Below the pieces are notes generated by a model. It saw nothing but the letters and a program-made list of their open reading frames with translations. It did no database searches and was not told the DNA's origin. 64,000 nt of DNA from Octopus sinensis. Taxonomy: Eukaryota. This document shows positions 1 to 11,629 of the stretch, one piece after another (position 1 is the stretch's first letter; each line of letters begins with the position of its first letter). The stretch is from NCBI RefSeq assembly GCF_006345805.1, contig NC_043004.1, forward strand, positions 97,526,001 through 97,590,000. The letters are read 5' to 3'. Both the position numbers and the translations under genes were made by a program.

Positions 1-110
1 TGTGACAGTGTTCCTGAGACCTATACCTATATTACACTAATTGATATCAACAAACCCTGCTAGTCTGACAGGGGCCACCCCAACCCCGTCATCACAGAAA
101 CCATTGTCAC

Positions 111-279
111 ATGTACACACACAAGCATATCTGCACATGCACACACATACAAACATATCTGCATGCACACACACACACACACACATGCACACACACACAT
201 GCACACACACACATGCACACACACACATGCACACACACACACACACATGCACACAAACACACGCACACACACACACATT
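111..279. repeat. (CA)n-type compound microsatellite
   Basis: Visible cacacaca/catgcaca run; it produces the Cys/Val- and His/Thr-rich ORFs in the track. Confidence 0.95.
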
Positions 280-744
280 TTCCTGGTCTCTTCAAATGCT
301 TTCACTCCACTCCACACTTTTGTTCACCATCCAGCATAATTCTTTAATTTTTTATCCCAAGTTTGAGTGGTCAGTGACTAAGATGAACACCTTCATTCTG
401 CTGTATATAGACTAAAGAAAGTATATGGTCATCCAACTGTGTAAAATGACGAAATAGCTTTTCACAGAATAGTCAAATGGAAAAATGTACTTGGAGAAGA
501 GATAAGTATGCCCAGCAAGGTTATCTGTCAATTGAAATACACAACATGCTCCTAAGACCATGTTAGATTTAAGATTCTGAAAACACCTGTGCTTGTCCCT
601 CTATATTACTTTAACCTTTCAAAATCCAGTATTAATCTACCTTCCCCTCTTGAATATTCCCCATTTGATAATGTCAGCTTTTACCTTTACCTCTCACAGT
701 TCTTCTTCTACCTTGCAAGTTACCTGGTTAACCCCACTATTTCT

Positions 745-945
745 AGTGGCACGAAAAATAGCATCCAGTACACTGTGTAAAGTGGTTGGCATTAGGAAGG
801 GTATCCAGCTGTAGAAGCCATGCCGAAAGTTCACTGGATTTTGTCAAATCATCCAATCCATGCCAGCACGGAAAGCGGATGTTAAGGGATGATGAAGACG
901 ACGACGACGACGACGATGATGATGATGGTGACAATGATGATGATG
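745..945 (+). mobile_element. RTE-type 3' tail module ending in (GAT)n
   Basis: gtggttggcattaggaagggtatccagctgtagaa...catccaatccatgccagcacggaaagcggatgttaa + gatgat; same module as the LINE end at 4586-4757. Confidence 0.75.
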
Positions 946-1038
946 CATGAAAACTTTAGTTTTAGATAGATTAATACAATTTAACATCAGCATATGGCTA
1001 CAACTAATCCATCACTTGGTGAATAAATACTACTTATA

Positions 1039-1040
1039 AA

Positions 1041-1106
<66 letters not shown>

Positions 1107-1123
1107 ATATAATACATATTTAT

Positions 1124-1186
<63 letters not shown>

Positions 1187-1203
1187 TATATAATATATAT
1201 ATG
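1039..1203. repeat. (TA)n/(TACA)n microsatellite
   Basis: Direct inspection; abuts the 5'-truncated end of the RTE LINE. Confidence 0.95.
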
Positions 1204-2225
1204 TCCACCAAGGTTCAGTCCTCAGCCCCTCCTATTTATCATAGTCCTCCAGGCAATAACGGAAGAATTTAAGACAGGATGCCCCTGGGAGCTCCTATAT
1301 GCTGATGACCTTGCTCTAATTGCTGAGTCACTATCAGAACTGGAGGAGAAGTTTCAGGTGTGGAAACAAGGATTAGAATCGAAGGGCCTTAGAATCAACC
1401 TAGCCAAAACCAAAGTCCTAATAAGTAGGAAGGTGGACCAACCACAAACGACTTCAGGTAGATGGCCCTGCTCGATCTGTAAGAAAGGTGTAGGTAGAAA
1501 CTCTATAAGGTGCACCAAGTGTAAGCTATGGACACATAAGAGGTGCAGCAATGTCAAAGGAAGGCTAACTAAGAAAATAGTTTTTGTCTGTGGCAGATGC
1601 TCAGGAGAAATGAACACTGGAAATGTGCAGAGACCAACTTCTACCACGTTCCAGGGAGACAAACTAGAAGTAGTTGATAGCTTCCGCTACCTAGGAGACC
1701 AAGTCAGTTGCGGGGGTGGGTGTGCTGAAAGTGTAACTGCTAGAGTAAGATAGCCTGGGCAAAGTTTAGAGAGCTCTTACCCCTGCTGGTGACAAAAGGC
1801 CTCCTCCTAAGAGTAAAAGGCAGACTATATGATGCGTGTGTACGTACAGCCATGCTACATGGTAGTGAAACATGGGCCGTGACAGCTGAGGATATGCGTA
1901 AGCTTGCAAGAAATGAAGCCAGTATGCTCCGATGGATGTGTAATGTCAGTGTTCATAATCGTCAGAGTGTAAGTACTTTGAGAGAAAAGTTGAACCTAAA
2001 AGTGTCAGTTGTGGTGTGCAAGAGAGACGGCTGCGCTGGTATGGTCATGTGCGAGAATGGCTGAAGATAGTTGTGTGCAAAAGTGCTACCACCCTAGCAG
2101 TTGAGGGAACCTGTGGAAGAGGTAGACCCAGGAAACCTGGGACGAGGTGGTGAAGCACGACCTTCGAACTTTAGGTCTCACCAAGGAAATGACTGAAGAC
2201 CGAGTCTATGGAAGTGTGCTGTGCA
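1203..2225 (+). pseudogene. Frameshifted reverse transcriptase ORF remnant with internal C4HC3 zinc finger
   Basis: Broken into track ORFs 1358-1753, 1789-2064 and 2147-2335 by single-base indels; the RT motifs continue across frames. Confidence 0.88.
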
Positions 2226-2232
2226 TGAGAGG

Positions 2233-4585
2233 ACCCGGCAGACTAGTCAGGCCATATCCCGTGGCCCCTACCTGGGACGTAATCGATCCACCTGTGCATA
2301 CCTTCCTTCTTGTGACACTTGTGAAGACCTGCTGAGGCAAGGTAAAATCAATCAAAATAGATGAACATCAATGGAATTGTATCTTGTGGTACCAGTGCCT
2401 ATGGCACACAAGAAAACCATCCGAACGTGGCCGTAGCCAGTAGTACCGCATCGACTGGCCTCCGTGCTGTGGGAACATGGTGGCACATAAAAACACCATC
2501 CGAAGACCCGGCAAGACTAGTCAGGTCATAACCCGTGGGCCCTACCTGGGACGTAGTCAGTCCACCTGTACATACATTCCTTCTTGTGACACTTGTGAAG
2601 ACCTGCTGAGGCAAGTGAAAATCAAAATCAAAATCAAAACAAATCAAAATAGATGAACATCAATGGAATTTGTATCCTTGTGGTACCAGTGCCGGTGGCA
2701 CAAAAGAATCCATCCGAACGTGGCCGTAGTCAGTACCGCTTGTGGTACCAGTGCCGGTGGCACACAAGAATCCATCCGAACGTGGCCGTAGTCAGTACCG
2801 CATCACTGGCCATCGTGCTGTGGGCACATAACAAACACCATCGGTCGTGGCCGGTACCAGTGCCGGTGGTGGCACAAGAATCCATCCGAACATGGCCGTA
2901 GTCAGTACCGCATCACTGACCATCGTGCTGTGGGCACATAACAAACACCATCCGGTCGTGGCCGTTCGCCAGCCTCATCTAGCACCTGTGTCGGTGGCAC
3001 ATAAAAACACCTTCCGAAGACCCGGCAAGACTAGTCAGGCCATAAACCATGGCCCCTACCTGGGACGTAGTCAGTCCACCTGTGCATACCTTCCTCCTTG
3101 TGATACTTGTGAAGGCCTGTTGAGGCAAGTGAAAATCAAAATCAAAATCAAATCAAAACAAATCAAAATAGATGAACATCAATGGAATTTGTATCTTTGT
3201 GGTACCAGTGCCGGTGGCACACAAGAGAAACCATCCGAAAGTGGCCGTTAGCCAGTACCGCATCGACTGCCTCCGTGCTGTGGGCACATGACAAACACCA
3301 TCCGATCGTGGCCGTTCTCCAGCCTCATCTAGCACCTGTGTCGGTGGCACATAAAAACACCATCCGAGACCCGGCAAGACTAGTCAGGCCATAACCCATG
3401 GCCCCTACCTGGGACGTAGTCAGTCCACCTGTGCATGCCTTCCTTCTTGTGACACTTGTGAAGACCTGTTGAGGCAAGTGAAAATGAAAATCAAAACAAA
3501 TCAAAATAGATGAACATCAATGGAATCTGTATCTTGTGTGGTACCAGTGCTGGCACACACTTGTGGTACCATGCCGGTGGCACACAAGAGAACCATCCGA
3601 ACGTGGCCGTAGCCAGTTCCGCATCGACCGGCCTCCGTGCTGTGGGCACGTAACAAACACCATCCGATCATGGCCGTTCGCCAGCCTCATCTGGCACCTG
3701 TGTCGGTGGCACATAAAAACACCTTCCGAAGACCCGGCAAGACTAGTCAGTCCACCTGTGCATACCTTCCTTCTTGTGACACTTGTGAAGACCGGTTGAG
3801 GCAAGTGAAAATCAAATCAAATCAAAATAGACAAAATAGATGAACATCAATGGAATTTGTATCTTGTGGTACCAGTGCCTGTGGCACACAAGAAATCCAT
3901 CAGTGCTGTAGTCAGTGTGGTGGGCACATGACAAACACCATCCGATCGTGGCCGTTCGCCAGCCTCATCTAGCACCTGTGTCGGTGGCACATAAAAACAC
4001 CATCCGAAGACCCGGCAAGACTAGTCAGGCCATAACCCATGGCCCCTACCTGGGACGTAGTCAGCCCACCTGTGCATACCTTCCTTCTTGTGACACTTGT
4101 GAAGACCTGCTGAGGCAAGTGAAAATCAAAACAAATCAAAATAGATGAACATCAATGGAATTTGTATCTTTGTGGTACCAGTGCCGGTGGCACGGGGCAC
4201 ATAAGAAAACCATCCGAACGTGGCCGTAGCCAGTACCGCATCGACTGGCCTCCGTGCTGTGGGCACGTAACAAGCACCATCCGATCGTGGCCGTTTGCCA
4301 GCCTCATCTGGCACCTGTGTCGGTGGCACATAAAAACACCATCCGAGCGTGGCCGTCTGCCAGCCTCGTCTGGCACCTGTGTCGGTGGAACATAAAAACA
4401 CCATCCGAGCGTGGCCGTCTGCCAGCCTCGTCTGGCACCTGTGTCGGTGGCACATAAAAAACACCATCCGAGCGTGGCCGTCTGCCAGCCTCGTCTGGCA
4501 CCTGTGTCGGTGGCACATAAAAAACACCATCCGAGCATGGCCGTTTGCCAGCCTCGTCTGGCACCTGTGTCGGTGGCACATAATA
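2233..4585 (+). repeat. Tandem array of about six modular 290-510 bp units in the LINE 3' UTR, with about 62-bp sub-repeats at 4276-4585
   Basis: aaatagatgaacatcaatggaat unit starts near 2345, 2640, 3160, 3500, 3830 and 4135; gacccggcaagactagtcag module near 2233, 2503, 3017, 3368, 3729 and 4008. Confidence 0.92.
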
Positions 4586-5135
4586 TCACCCACTACACTC
4601 TCGGAGTGGTTGGCGTTAGGAAGGGCATCCAGCTGTAGAAACACTGCCAGATCTGACTGGACTGGTGCAGCTTTCGGGCTCCCCAGACCCCAGTTGAACC
4701 GTCCAACCCATGCTAGCATGGAAAGCGGACGTTAAATGATGATGATGATGATGATGATATATATTTAGAAAGAGACAATCAAGTTTTAGTCTTCTGATAG
4801 ACTTTATTGTGGTTCTAAAATTACATTAGAGCCTGATGGTGTATGTGAATGGTAATGAATCTGTAATGAGATTTTATAATGTAATAAAACAGCATAGTGA
4901 TGTTCTTTTGAGCATATCAAAATATTGTTTCAAATTTATTATTATTATTATTAAGGCAGTGAACCAAAATACCTAACAGGATTTCTTCCAAGTCATTATG
5001 TTCTAAGTTAAAATTCCAACAGGGTCAGTTTTGCTTTTAATCTCTCCAGAGTTGATAACATAACTAATATTTAAATGCTCAGGGCCATGTAACCGACTTA
5101 TCCCTTCCTCTAAATTGCTCCCCTTTTGCCTAAAT

Positions 5136-5365
5136 TGGAAAGAATTATTATCATTATTACCGCCATTGTTATTATTATTACTATTACTATTATTTTATTA
5201 TTATTATTATTAATATTATTATCATTATCATTAATATCATTATCATTATTATTATTATTATTATATTATTATTATTATTATCATTATTATTATTATCATT
5301 ATCATTATTATTATTATCATTATCATTATTATTATTATTATCATCATCATCATCATCATTTTCAT
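5136..5365. repeat. (ATT)n/(ATC)n microsatellite
   Basis: Direct inspection. Confidence 0.95.
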
Positions 5366-5545
5366 TAGCATCTGCTTTCAATTCTGTTTCCATTTCTTGC
5401 TGAGTGTCTTCCTAACACCAAGGGCAGAGAAACGTACTGTATACATTGGTAGGCCATTAAAACAAACACACCTGTTCGTTCATTTACAGAGTCATGTGAT
5501 AAAGAAAAAGGGGAAATTGTTATTATTATTATTATTATTATTATT

Positions 5546-5752
5546 AAGGTGGCGAGCTGGCGGAATCAATAGCATGCCAGATGGAATGTTTAGCAGTATT
5601 TTGCCCATTGCTATGTTCTGAGTTCAAATTCTGGGGAGGTCAACTTCGCCTTTCATCCTTTCAGGATTGATAAATTAAGTACCAGTGAAACACTGGGGTC
5701 CATGTAATCAACTTAATCCCCTCGCCCAAGCTGTCCTTGTGGCAAAAATTTG
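5546..5752 (+). mobile_element. tRNA-derived SINE family B (diverged copy)
   Basis: ggtggcgagctggcggaatc head, gagttcaaattc B-box, gcctttcatcctttcagg...gataaattaagtaccag central domain. Confidence 0.75.
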
Positions 5753-5787
5753 AAATTATTATTTTTGTTATCATTATTATTCTTATC

Positions 5788-5940
5788 ACCCTCGGAGTGG
5801 TTGGTGTTATGAAGGGCATCCAGCTGTAGAAACTCTGCCAGATCAAGATTGGAGCATGGTGCGGCCGTCTGGTCTGCCAGCCCTCAGTCAAAATCGTCCA
5901 ACCCATGCTAGAATGGAAGGCGGACGTTAAACAATGATTA
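5788..5940 (+). mobile_element. RTE-type 3' tail module
   Basis: ctcggagtggttggtgttatgaagggcatccagctgtagaaac...ccaacccatgctag...ggacgttaaac. Confidence 0.75.
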
Positions 5941-5984
5941 TTATCATTATTATTATTATTATTATTATTATATTATTATTATTA

Positions 5985-6205
5985 TTATTGAGTGAGAGAG
6001 CAGTGCATGCCATCAAAGTGACACTGGGGTAAAATATACGAAGCCCAGTATACCCATCATGACTACCCGTCTGATAAGGGTACACCAGGCACATGCATCA
6101 CGACCATATGTGCGCGACATGATGATCTCATATCAAGATAAACAGCACACGACCTTGTAGGTGGGGCCCAGTTAGAAGTTTCTTCTGGTCAAGTAATCCT
6201 ATTAA
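5985..6205 (-). mobile_element. Retroposon 3' end embedded in (AAT)n, possibly an R4/Dong-like 3' UTR
   Basis: Non-repetitive 220-bp block flanked on both sides by (ATT)n; on the minus strand it ends ctctctcactc-aataataat. Clade assignment is inference. Confidence 0.45.
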
Positions 6206-6224
6206 TATTATTATTATTATTATT

Positions 6225-6515
6225 ATGAGCACACATGGCCTAGTGGTTAGGGTGTTGCAGTTACAATCGTGAGATCATTTGTTTCAATTCCTAGACTGGA
6301 TGGTGTGTTGTGTTCTTGAACAAATCACTGCAATCAGTTTGATATTTGACATATGCATGCACCTGTACACCATGCACCTGTTCAGGCAACATCGATTTAA
6401 TGGACAGTGTAAGCTAATGTACAGCGCATTCATTTGATCACTATAAACGAATCATTGGTGCAGGTCATTCAGCAAAAGCTGAACACTCATACTTCATATT
6501 TGACAGGACAGTCCA
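6225..6515 (+). mobile_element. tRNA-derived SINE (head ggcctagtggttaggg)
   Basis: A-box tggcctagtggttagg, B-box-like gtttcaattcc, gtgttcttgaacaa central motif, ends in atgatgatg. Confidence 0.65.
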
Positions 6516-6529
6516 TGATGATGATCATT

Positions 6530-6765
6530 GCTGTTATTGTTATTCTTGTCATTTTATTGTCTTTGCACAGCTTCTAATGCTGGAGATGTACAATGGTGTC
6601 AGCTGTTCACTACCAGTGAACTAAGGTAACACCCCTTATTTTTCAAGCACCATCCGGAGTATTCAAGCGATTCCAAGCAGTGCTGTTTTCTGCAAGTGCT
6701 CCTCCACGCCCCATTATTGCGACCCCTATTTGTTCCATGTATTTTGTTGTTGTTGTTGTTATTTT
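6530..6765 (-). mobile_element. C-terminal end of an R4/Dong-like (RLE-type) LINE ORF plus 3' UTR
   Basis: Minus strand reads KYMEQIGVAIMGVEEHLQKTALLGIA*ILRMVLEK*, matching the 'LQKTALLGTARILRKVL' terminus typical of these elements. Confidence 0.7.
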
Positions 6766-6807
6766 GATTACCTGTGCAAGTGCCATGTAAAATAGCACAC
6801 AGCCCAC

Positions 6808-6992
6808 TCTATGTAGTGGTTGGTGTCGGGAAAGGCATCCAGCTGTAAAAACCATGCCAAAGCACACACAGAAGCATGGCACAGGCTCCCACCTGCCCAG
6901 CTCCTGTCAAACCATCCAACCCATGCCAGCATGGAAGGAGGATGTTAAACGATGACGATGATGATGATGATGATGATGACGACGACGACGAC

Positions 6993-7048
<56 letters not shown>

Positions 7049-7109
7049 GGAGGAGGATGACGATGACGACGATGATGATGATGATGACGATGACGATGAT
7101 GATGATGAT
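6808..7109 (+). mobile_element. RTE-type 3' tail module followed by an expanded (GAT/GAC)n tract of about 160 bp
   Basis: gtggttggtgtcgggaaaggcatccagctgtaaaaacc...ccaacccatgccagcatgg...gttaaacgatgacgatg; explains the poly-Asp/poly-Ser ORFs. Confidence 0.8.
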
Positions 7110-7329
7110 CTTTGTATACTTATTTTTAATTTACTTTTATTATTTTTTTCCAGACTCAACTGCCAGTTGGTAACATATTCTGTTTAAGACGTATCATCGC
7201 TGTGTCGTTACATAGTTTCTTAACTAACTTTTGTGAGCAGCATCTTACAGAAATGAAGATGCAAGCTTAAGATGCCATGTTAGCAGTAGTTGATTTGAGT
7301 ACCCTTATTTTATAGGCTTTATTGAACTT

Positions 7330-7745
7330 TGCTTATTTTATAGGCTTCGTTTTATAGTCTTTGTCTGTGGATCATTGAACACAGATCAAGCACTTTAAGT
7401 ATGATCTTGCATGGCAGTTCCTTTAATGTTCCACTAAATTTAGTGCTTTTGTACATTTTCGTCAGCAACTAGTCCTTTATGAAGAGCAGTCCTCAAATGA
7501 TGTTTCCATATTCATGATATGCTCTCATCATACAGTCTTCAAAAGTATTGGAAAGGTGTGTGTTTCCATTGATTGCTGTAAAGATACCTTTTATTATTGC
7601 TCAAAAATGCTATTACCTTTCTTAACTGCAGCTGTCATGTGTATTTATTGAACTTCAGATCTTTATCACTGATCGCATCAAGATCTTTTTCCTCGGTAAT
7701 TTCCCGTTGATGGTTCTTCGTTTTTGTTAGAAGTGTTTAGGCTAT
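7330..7745 (-). mobile_element. Highly decayed CR1-like LINE fragment (post-RT region)
   Basis: Minus strand gives EEKDLDAISDKDLKFNKYT, TAAVKKGNSI and RAYHEYGNII*G, resembling EEKDLGV...LKF...AVKKAN...RPHLEYGNIIWG. Confidence 0.6.
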
Positions 7746-8009
7746 TTAAACCTAAATGTAAAAACTTACATTTTGTCCCATCGAACGACCGTTAACACCA
7801 GCAGTAACTTCTCACTACTTCAAAATCATTATTATTGATATCGAAGATTATCACTTTATCTCCTTCACACGCAGTCATACATATGATAAAACACACACAC
7901 ACACAGATAGATAGACAGATATATATATATATATATATATATATAGATAGAGAGAGAGAGAGAGAGCATGGCCACAGTTTCATGACTGAAACAAGTAAGA
8001 GTAAAGAGT

Positions 8010-8086
8010 AAAGAGATAGATAGATAGATCGATAGATAGATAGATAGATAGAGCGATAGATAGATAGATAGATAGTTAGATAGAGT

Positions 8087-8157
<71 letters not shown>
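8010..8157. repeat. (GATA)n microsatellite
   Basis: Direct inspection. Confidence 0.95.
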
Positions 8158-8944
8158 GCACACACATGTATCTTTATGGTGCAGACATCGGTGTTTGCTT
8201 AAAATGTTTGCTGCCCAATCGCATGGTTTTGGGTTCAATTCCATTGCAGTGCATCTTGGAAAAAAATATTTTGGCAATGCAGATTAGAATGGTTGTGCAC
8301 TATTAAAGCCAAATGGTGAAAGTAATAGACAAGCTTCGATATCAGTAGATTTTATGGCAGCAGACTGACAGAAATGATAGTTAGAGAAATTGCCTTGCAG
8401 TATTTGTTCAGGCTTTTTGTACTCAAAGTTCAAACTCTGCCAAACTCAGCTTTACCTTTTAGCTCTCTGGAGCTGATAAAATGAAGTACAAATCAAGAAC
8501 TGGAGCCAGTATAATTGGTTAAAACCCCTCCCAAATTTTGAGTCACTTTGCTTTAATTAGAAACAGCTTTGAGGTGCAGTGGAGGGGCAGAATCATTACA
8601 TCACAGAAGAGAAAACCTTGAGTTATTTGTTTTAGGGATTTATGTTCAGAATTCAAATCCTCTCTTTATGGGTCAATAAAATAAACTTCTAGCCAAATAC
8701 AGGAGTTGATTGTATTGATTAAAGCCATCACTTCACAATTCTCAGCCTTATGTTAAAATTAGAGATAATTATTAGGCAACAATAATGAAGCTTATTCTAC
8801 TCATTTGGCAAGACTAAGAGTGATTAATTTACAAAGAGGGAAAATAACTCTGAGAAACAAGTGTACTAAACACACATATATTAGTTTTACATTTGTAACA
8901 TAGTAAAATGAACCATTTGAATTACCAGACTTTACATGCAATTA

Positions 8945-9080
8945 GGATCGTGGTTTCGATTCCCAGACCGGGCATTGTGAGAGTGAAAACACCTAAAGCT
9001 CCATGAGGCTCCGGCAGGTGGTGGTGGTGGCGAACCCTGCTGTACTCTTTCACCACAACTTTCTCTGACTCTGTCTTCCT
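8945..9080 (+). mobile_element. Truncated tRNA-derived SINE (same family as 32693-33000)
   Basis: ggtttcgattcccagaccggg B-box and aaaacacctaaagctccatg...ccacaactttctct shared with the 32.7-kb copy. Confidence 0.6.
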
Positions 9081-9091
9081 GTATATATATA

Positions 9092-10328
9092 CAGGGGTTG
9101 GACAAAATAATGAAAACGCCTTAAAACTTGAAACAAATTTATTTAATATGCGGAAGGACCTTCTTTGGCAGTAATTACAGCTCAAATTCTATGAGGTATG
9201 AGTTTATACAAAGTTTGAATTGTTTCCAAAGGAATTTTTGTCCATTCTTCAACAAAAACAGTCTCTAGTTCTGTAGTGACGATGGTGGAAGACATGTTTT
9301 CCTAAAAGGCATCATAAATATTCAATAATATAGAGATATGGGGACTGCAGTGGCCAGAAAAGATATTCAACTTCACTAGAATGTTCCTCATGCCATTCAG
9401 TAACAACTTTAGCTGTGTGAATTGGTGCATTATCATCCTGCAAGATTGTGTTACCCTCTGGAAACAGTTCTGCAAATATAGGATGAATTTGATCAGATAA
9501 AATGCTTAAATAGTCTTGACTATTAATTCTGCCATGAAGGAGGAAAACATTGGGCCAGTCGATTTCCAAGATATAGCCCCACCAGATCATCACAGATGCT
9601 CCTCTATGTTTAACAGTTGAAAGAAGGCAGTCTGGGTCAAATGCTTCTTTTAGCTGTCTCCACATTAGTGGGGAATAAGGTAAAGGATGACTTGTTTGAG
9701 AAATAACATTTTCCCACTGCTCTAGGGACCAATGCTGTATGTTTTTACTCCACTCTAAACGCTTTGCAACGTTTGTTTTTGAAAGTAGTGGTTTTCTAAT
9801 TGCAGCTCTCACATGAAATCCATCTTTGTGGAGCTCCCGGTCAACAGTTTTTGTAGAAACTAGGTTCTTGGGGTGGTCGTTAAGTTCTACAGTAGTTTTG
9901 GGAGCTGTACTTTTGTGATTCTTTCTAACAATTCGCTTAAGAATCTGACGGTCCTTATCTGAAAGTTTTGGTTTTCTTCTGGAGTTTTGTTTTGATGAGG
10001 TTTTTCCTTCTGTCTCAAAGGCTGTCATTACTTTTGGGACAGTACTTTTTGATACACCCAAACATTTTGGCTGTTTTCATTATGCTAGCTCTTGCCATAC
10101 GAGCACCAACAATTTGACTTATTTGAAAGTCCGATAGACCTGTTATTTTAATGAATTTTAATTACCTTTTTCTGGTGATATCTGAAAAGAAATGGCAATT
10201 TTAGCAAAGCATATTAAGCAACACTAATCAAAAGACATAAAAATAAACAAGCTTTTGGAGGTTTCATAGATATTTCAAAATTATGATACTATGATGCTAG
10301 GTGTTTCTATTATTTTGTCCAACCCCTG
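9092..10328 (-). mobile_element. Full-length Tc1-family DNA transposon (1237 bp), inactive
   Basis: TIRs CAGGGGTTGGACAAAATAAT at 9092 and ATTATTTTGTCCAACCCCTG ending at 10328, flanked by TA on both sides. Confidence 0.93.
9312..10061 (-). pseudogene. Tc1 DD34E transposase remnant
   Basis: TVKHRGASVMIW, QDDNAPIHTAK and WPLQSPYLYIIE motifs; the first catalytic motif FSDES reads FSNKS in a shifted frame, so it is non-functional. Confidence 0.88.
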
Positions 10329-10340
10329 TATGCACATACA

Positions 10341-10376
<36 letters not shown>

Positions 10377-10408
10377 TGCATACACACATCTATATATATA
10401 CTTATATA

Positions 10409-11608
10409 CAAAGTGATACCAAAAAGTTCCTGGACTAGTTCTGTAGTATGCAAACAGATGGCAGCACATGGTGGTGTACACAGTGAGAGCTAGCAGTGGC
10501 CTTTATGAAGCAGTGTGCTTGAGTAACATTGCTGTGTTTGTTTTGCCAGTTGTGAAATTTGTGCTTTTGGGATTACATGTATGCTGTAGTCTTTGATTTT
10601 TGTTGTGGACAGACAGTTGGAACAAAAGAACCAATGTGGAATTTTGCGTTAAACTTGGGAAGTCTGATACAGAGACATTGAGCATACGTCAGCAAACTTG
10701 TGGTGATGAGGCAACGGGTTGTAAACAATGTTCCAAAGTATAAGGAAGAAAAATCATAACTGTACAATGTCCAAGGAATTAAACACTCGCTGAGATTTCA
10801 AATGTATCTGCATGTGTTGAATAACTACTTAATGACAAGGAAGGTTTAAAAAGGAGTATTGTTGTTGTAGCTGATTAGCCCTAATTAAATCTTGATTAAG
10901 CGACTGCTAGTAATCATGGTAGTCCTGTTGATGGTAATGAGGATGGTAATGAGAATGGGGAAATAGGGGAGAGAGGGAATAAAGAGGGTATAATATTAAG
11001 ATAGAGAGAGACAAGACATACACACACGATGAATATCGCTGGAAGATGAGAAGTGATCTGGGAGACCTGCTACTAGTGTCACCCCTTGAAATGTGGTATT
11101 TTGCATTGAGAATTAATCCCCCAGTGACTGGTCCTCTATTGGGAGTTCTACTGTGAAGTTTTGAAGGATTTGACAGAGGACATTTGGTGAAAGCATCTGG
11201 ATCTGCGGAAGGCAAAATATTGGATTTTTCACACTGATAAAGCACTTTGTAACCAAGCTCTGCCAAATCATGAGCTTCTCACCAAAAACAACATGATCGC
11301 ATTTCCACCCTTGCTCTTTTTGCCAGATTTAACACCTGTGGATTTCCATATTTTCCCCCAAGATGATCCTGCAGCTCAAAAGTCACTGTTTTAACACTGT
11401 TGTCGAGATCTACAGAGAATCACAAAAGATCTTCGACTTGTGTACGGAAAATGACTTCCAGTCTGAATTCCACAAGTGGTAGGAACACTTGAATCAGTGT
11501 CTTGCTGTACAATGTGACTATTTTGAAGGAGATGATGTGTGAATCTTAGATAGATAAGTTGCTTTTTATTAAACATAGTTAGTCCAGGAACATTTTAATA
11601 CCACCTCA
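10409..11608 (+). mobile_element. Decayed mariner (DD34D-type) transposon, middle replaced by a 293-bp foreign insert
   Basis: Imperfect TIRs (...aaaaagttcctggacta / tagtccaggaacatttt...) with TA flanks; N-terminus EQRTNVEFCVKLGKSDTETL; C-terminal EFYCEVLKDL, WIFHTDKA, PDLTPVDFHIFPKM and DYFEGD. Confidence 0.85.
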
Positions 11609-11629
11609 TATGTATATATATATTTATAT

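Larger units (their letters stand above)
1203..4757 (+). mobile_element. 5'-truncated RTE-clade non-LTR retrotransposon (RT C-half, long repeated 3' UTR, (GAT)n tail)
   Basis: RT motifs [18 protein letters not shown] (YADD at 1298-1309), GLRINLAKTK, FRYLG and YGSETW-like MLHGSETW; 3' end ccaacccatgctagcatggaaagcggacgttaaatgatgatgat. Confidence 0.9.

Noticed and set aside
2233-4585. CRISPR-like appearance of the repeat arrays (also 50.3-51.0 and 62.0-62.9 kb)
   Set aside because: Intervening sequences are themselves repeated rather than unique spacers, there are no cas genes, and the context is eukaryotic retroposon DNA.
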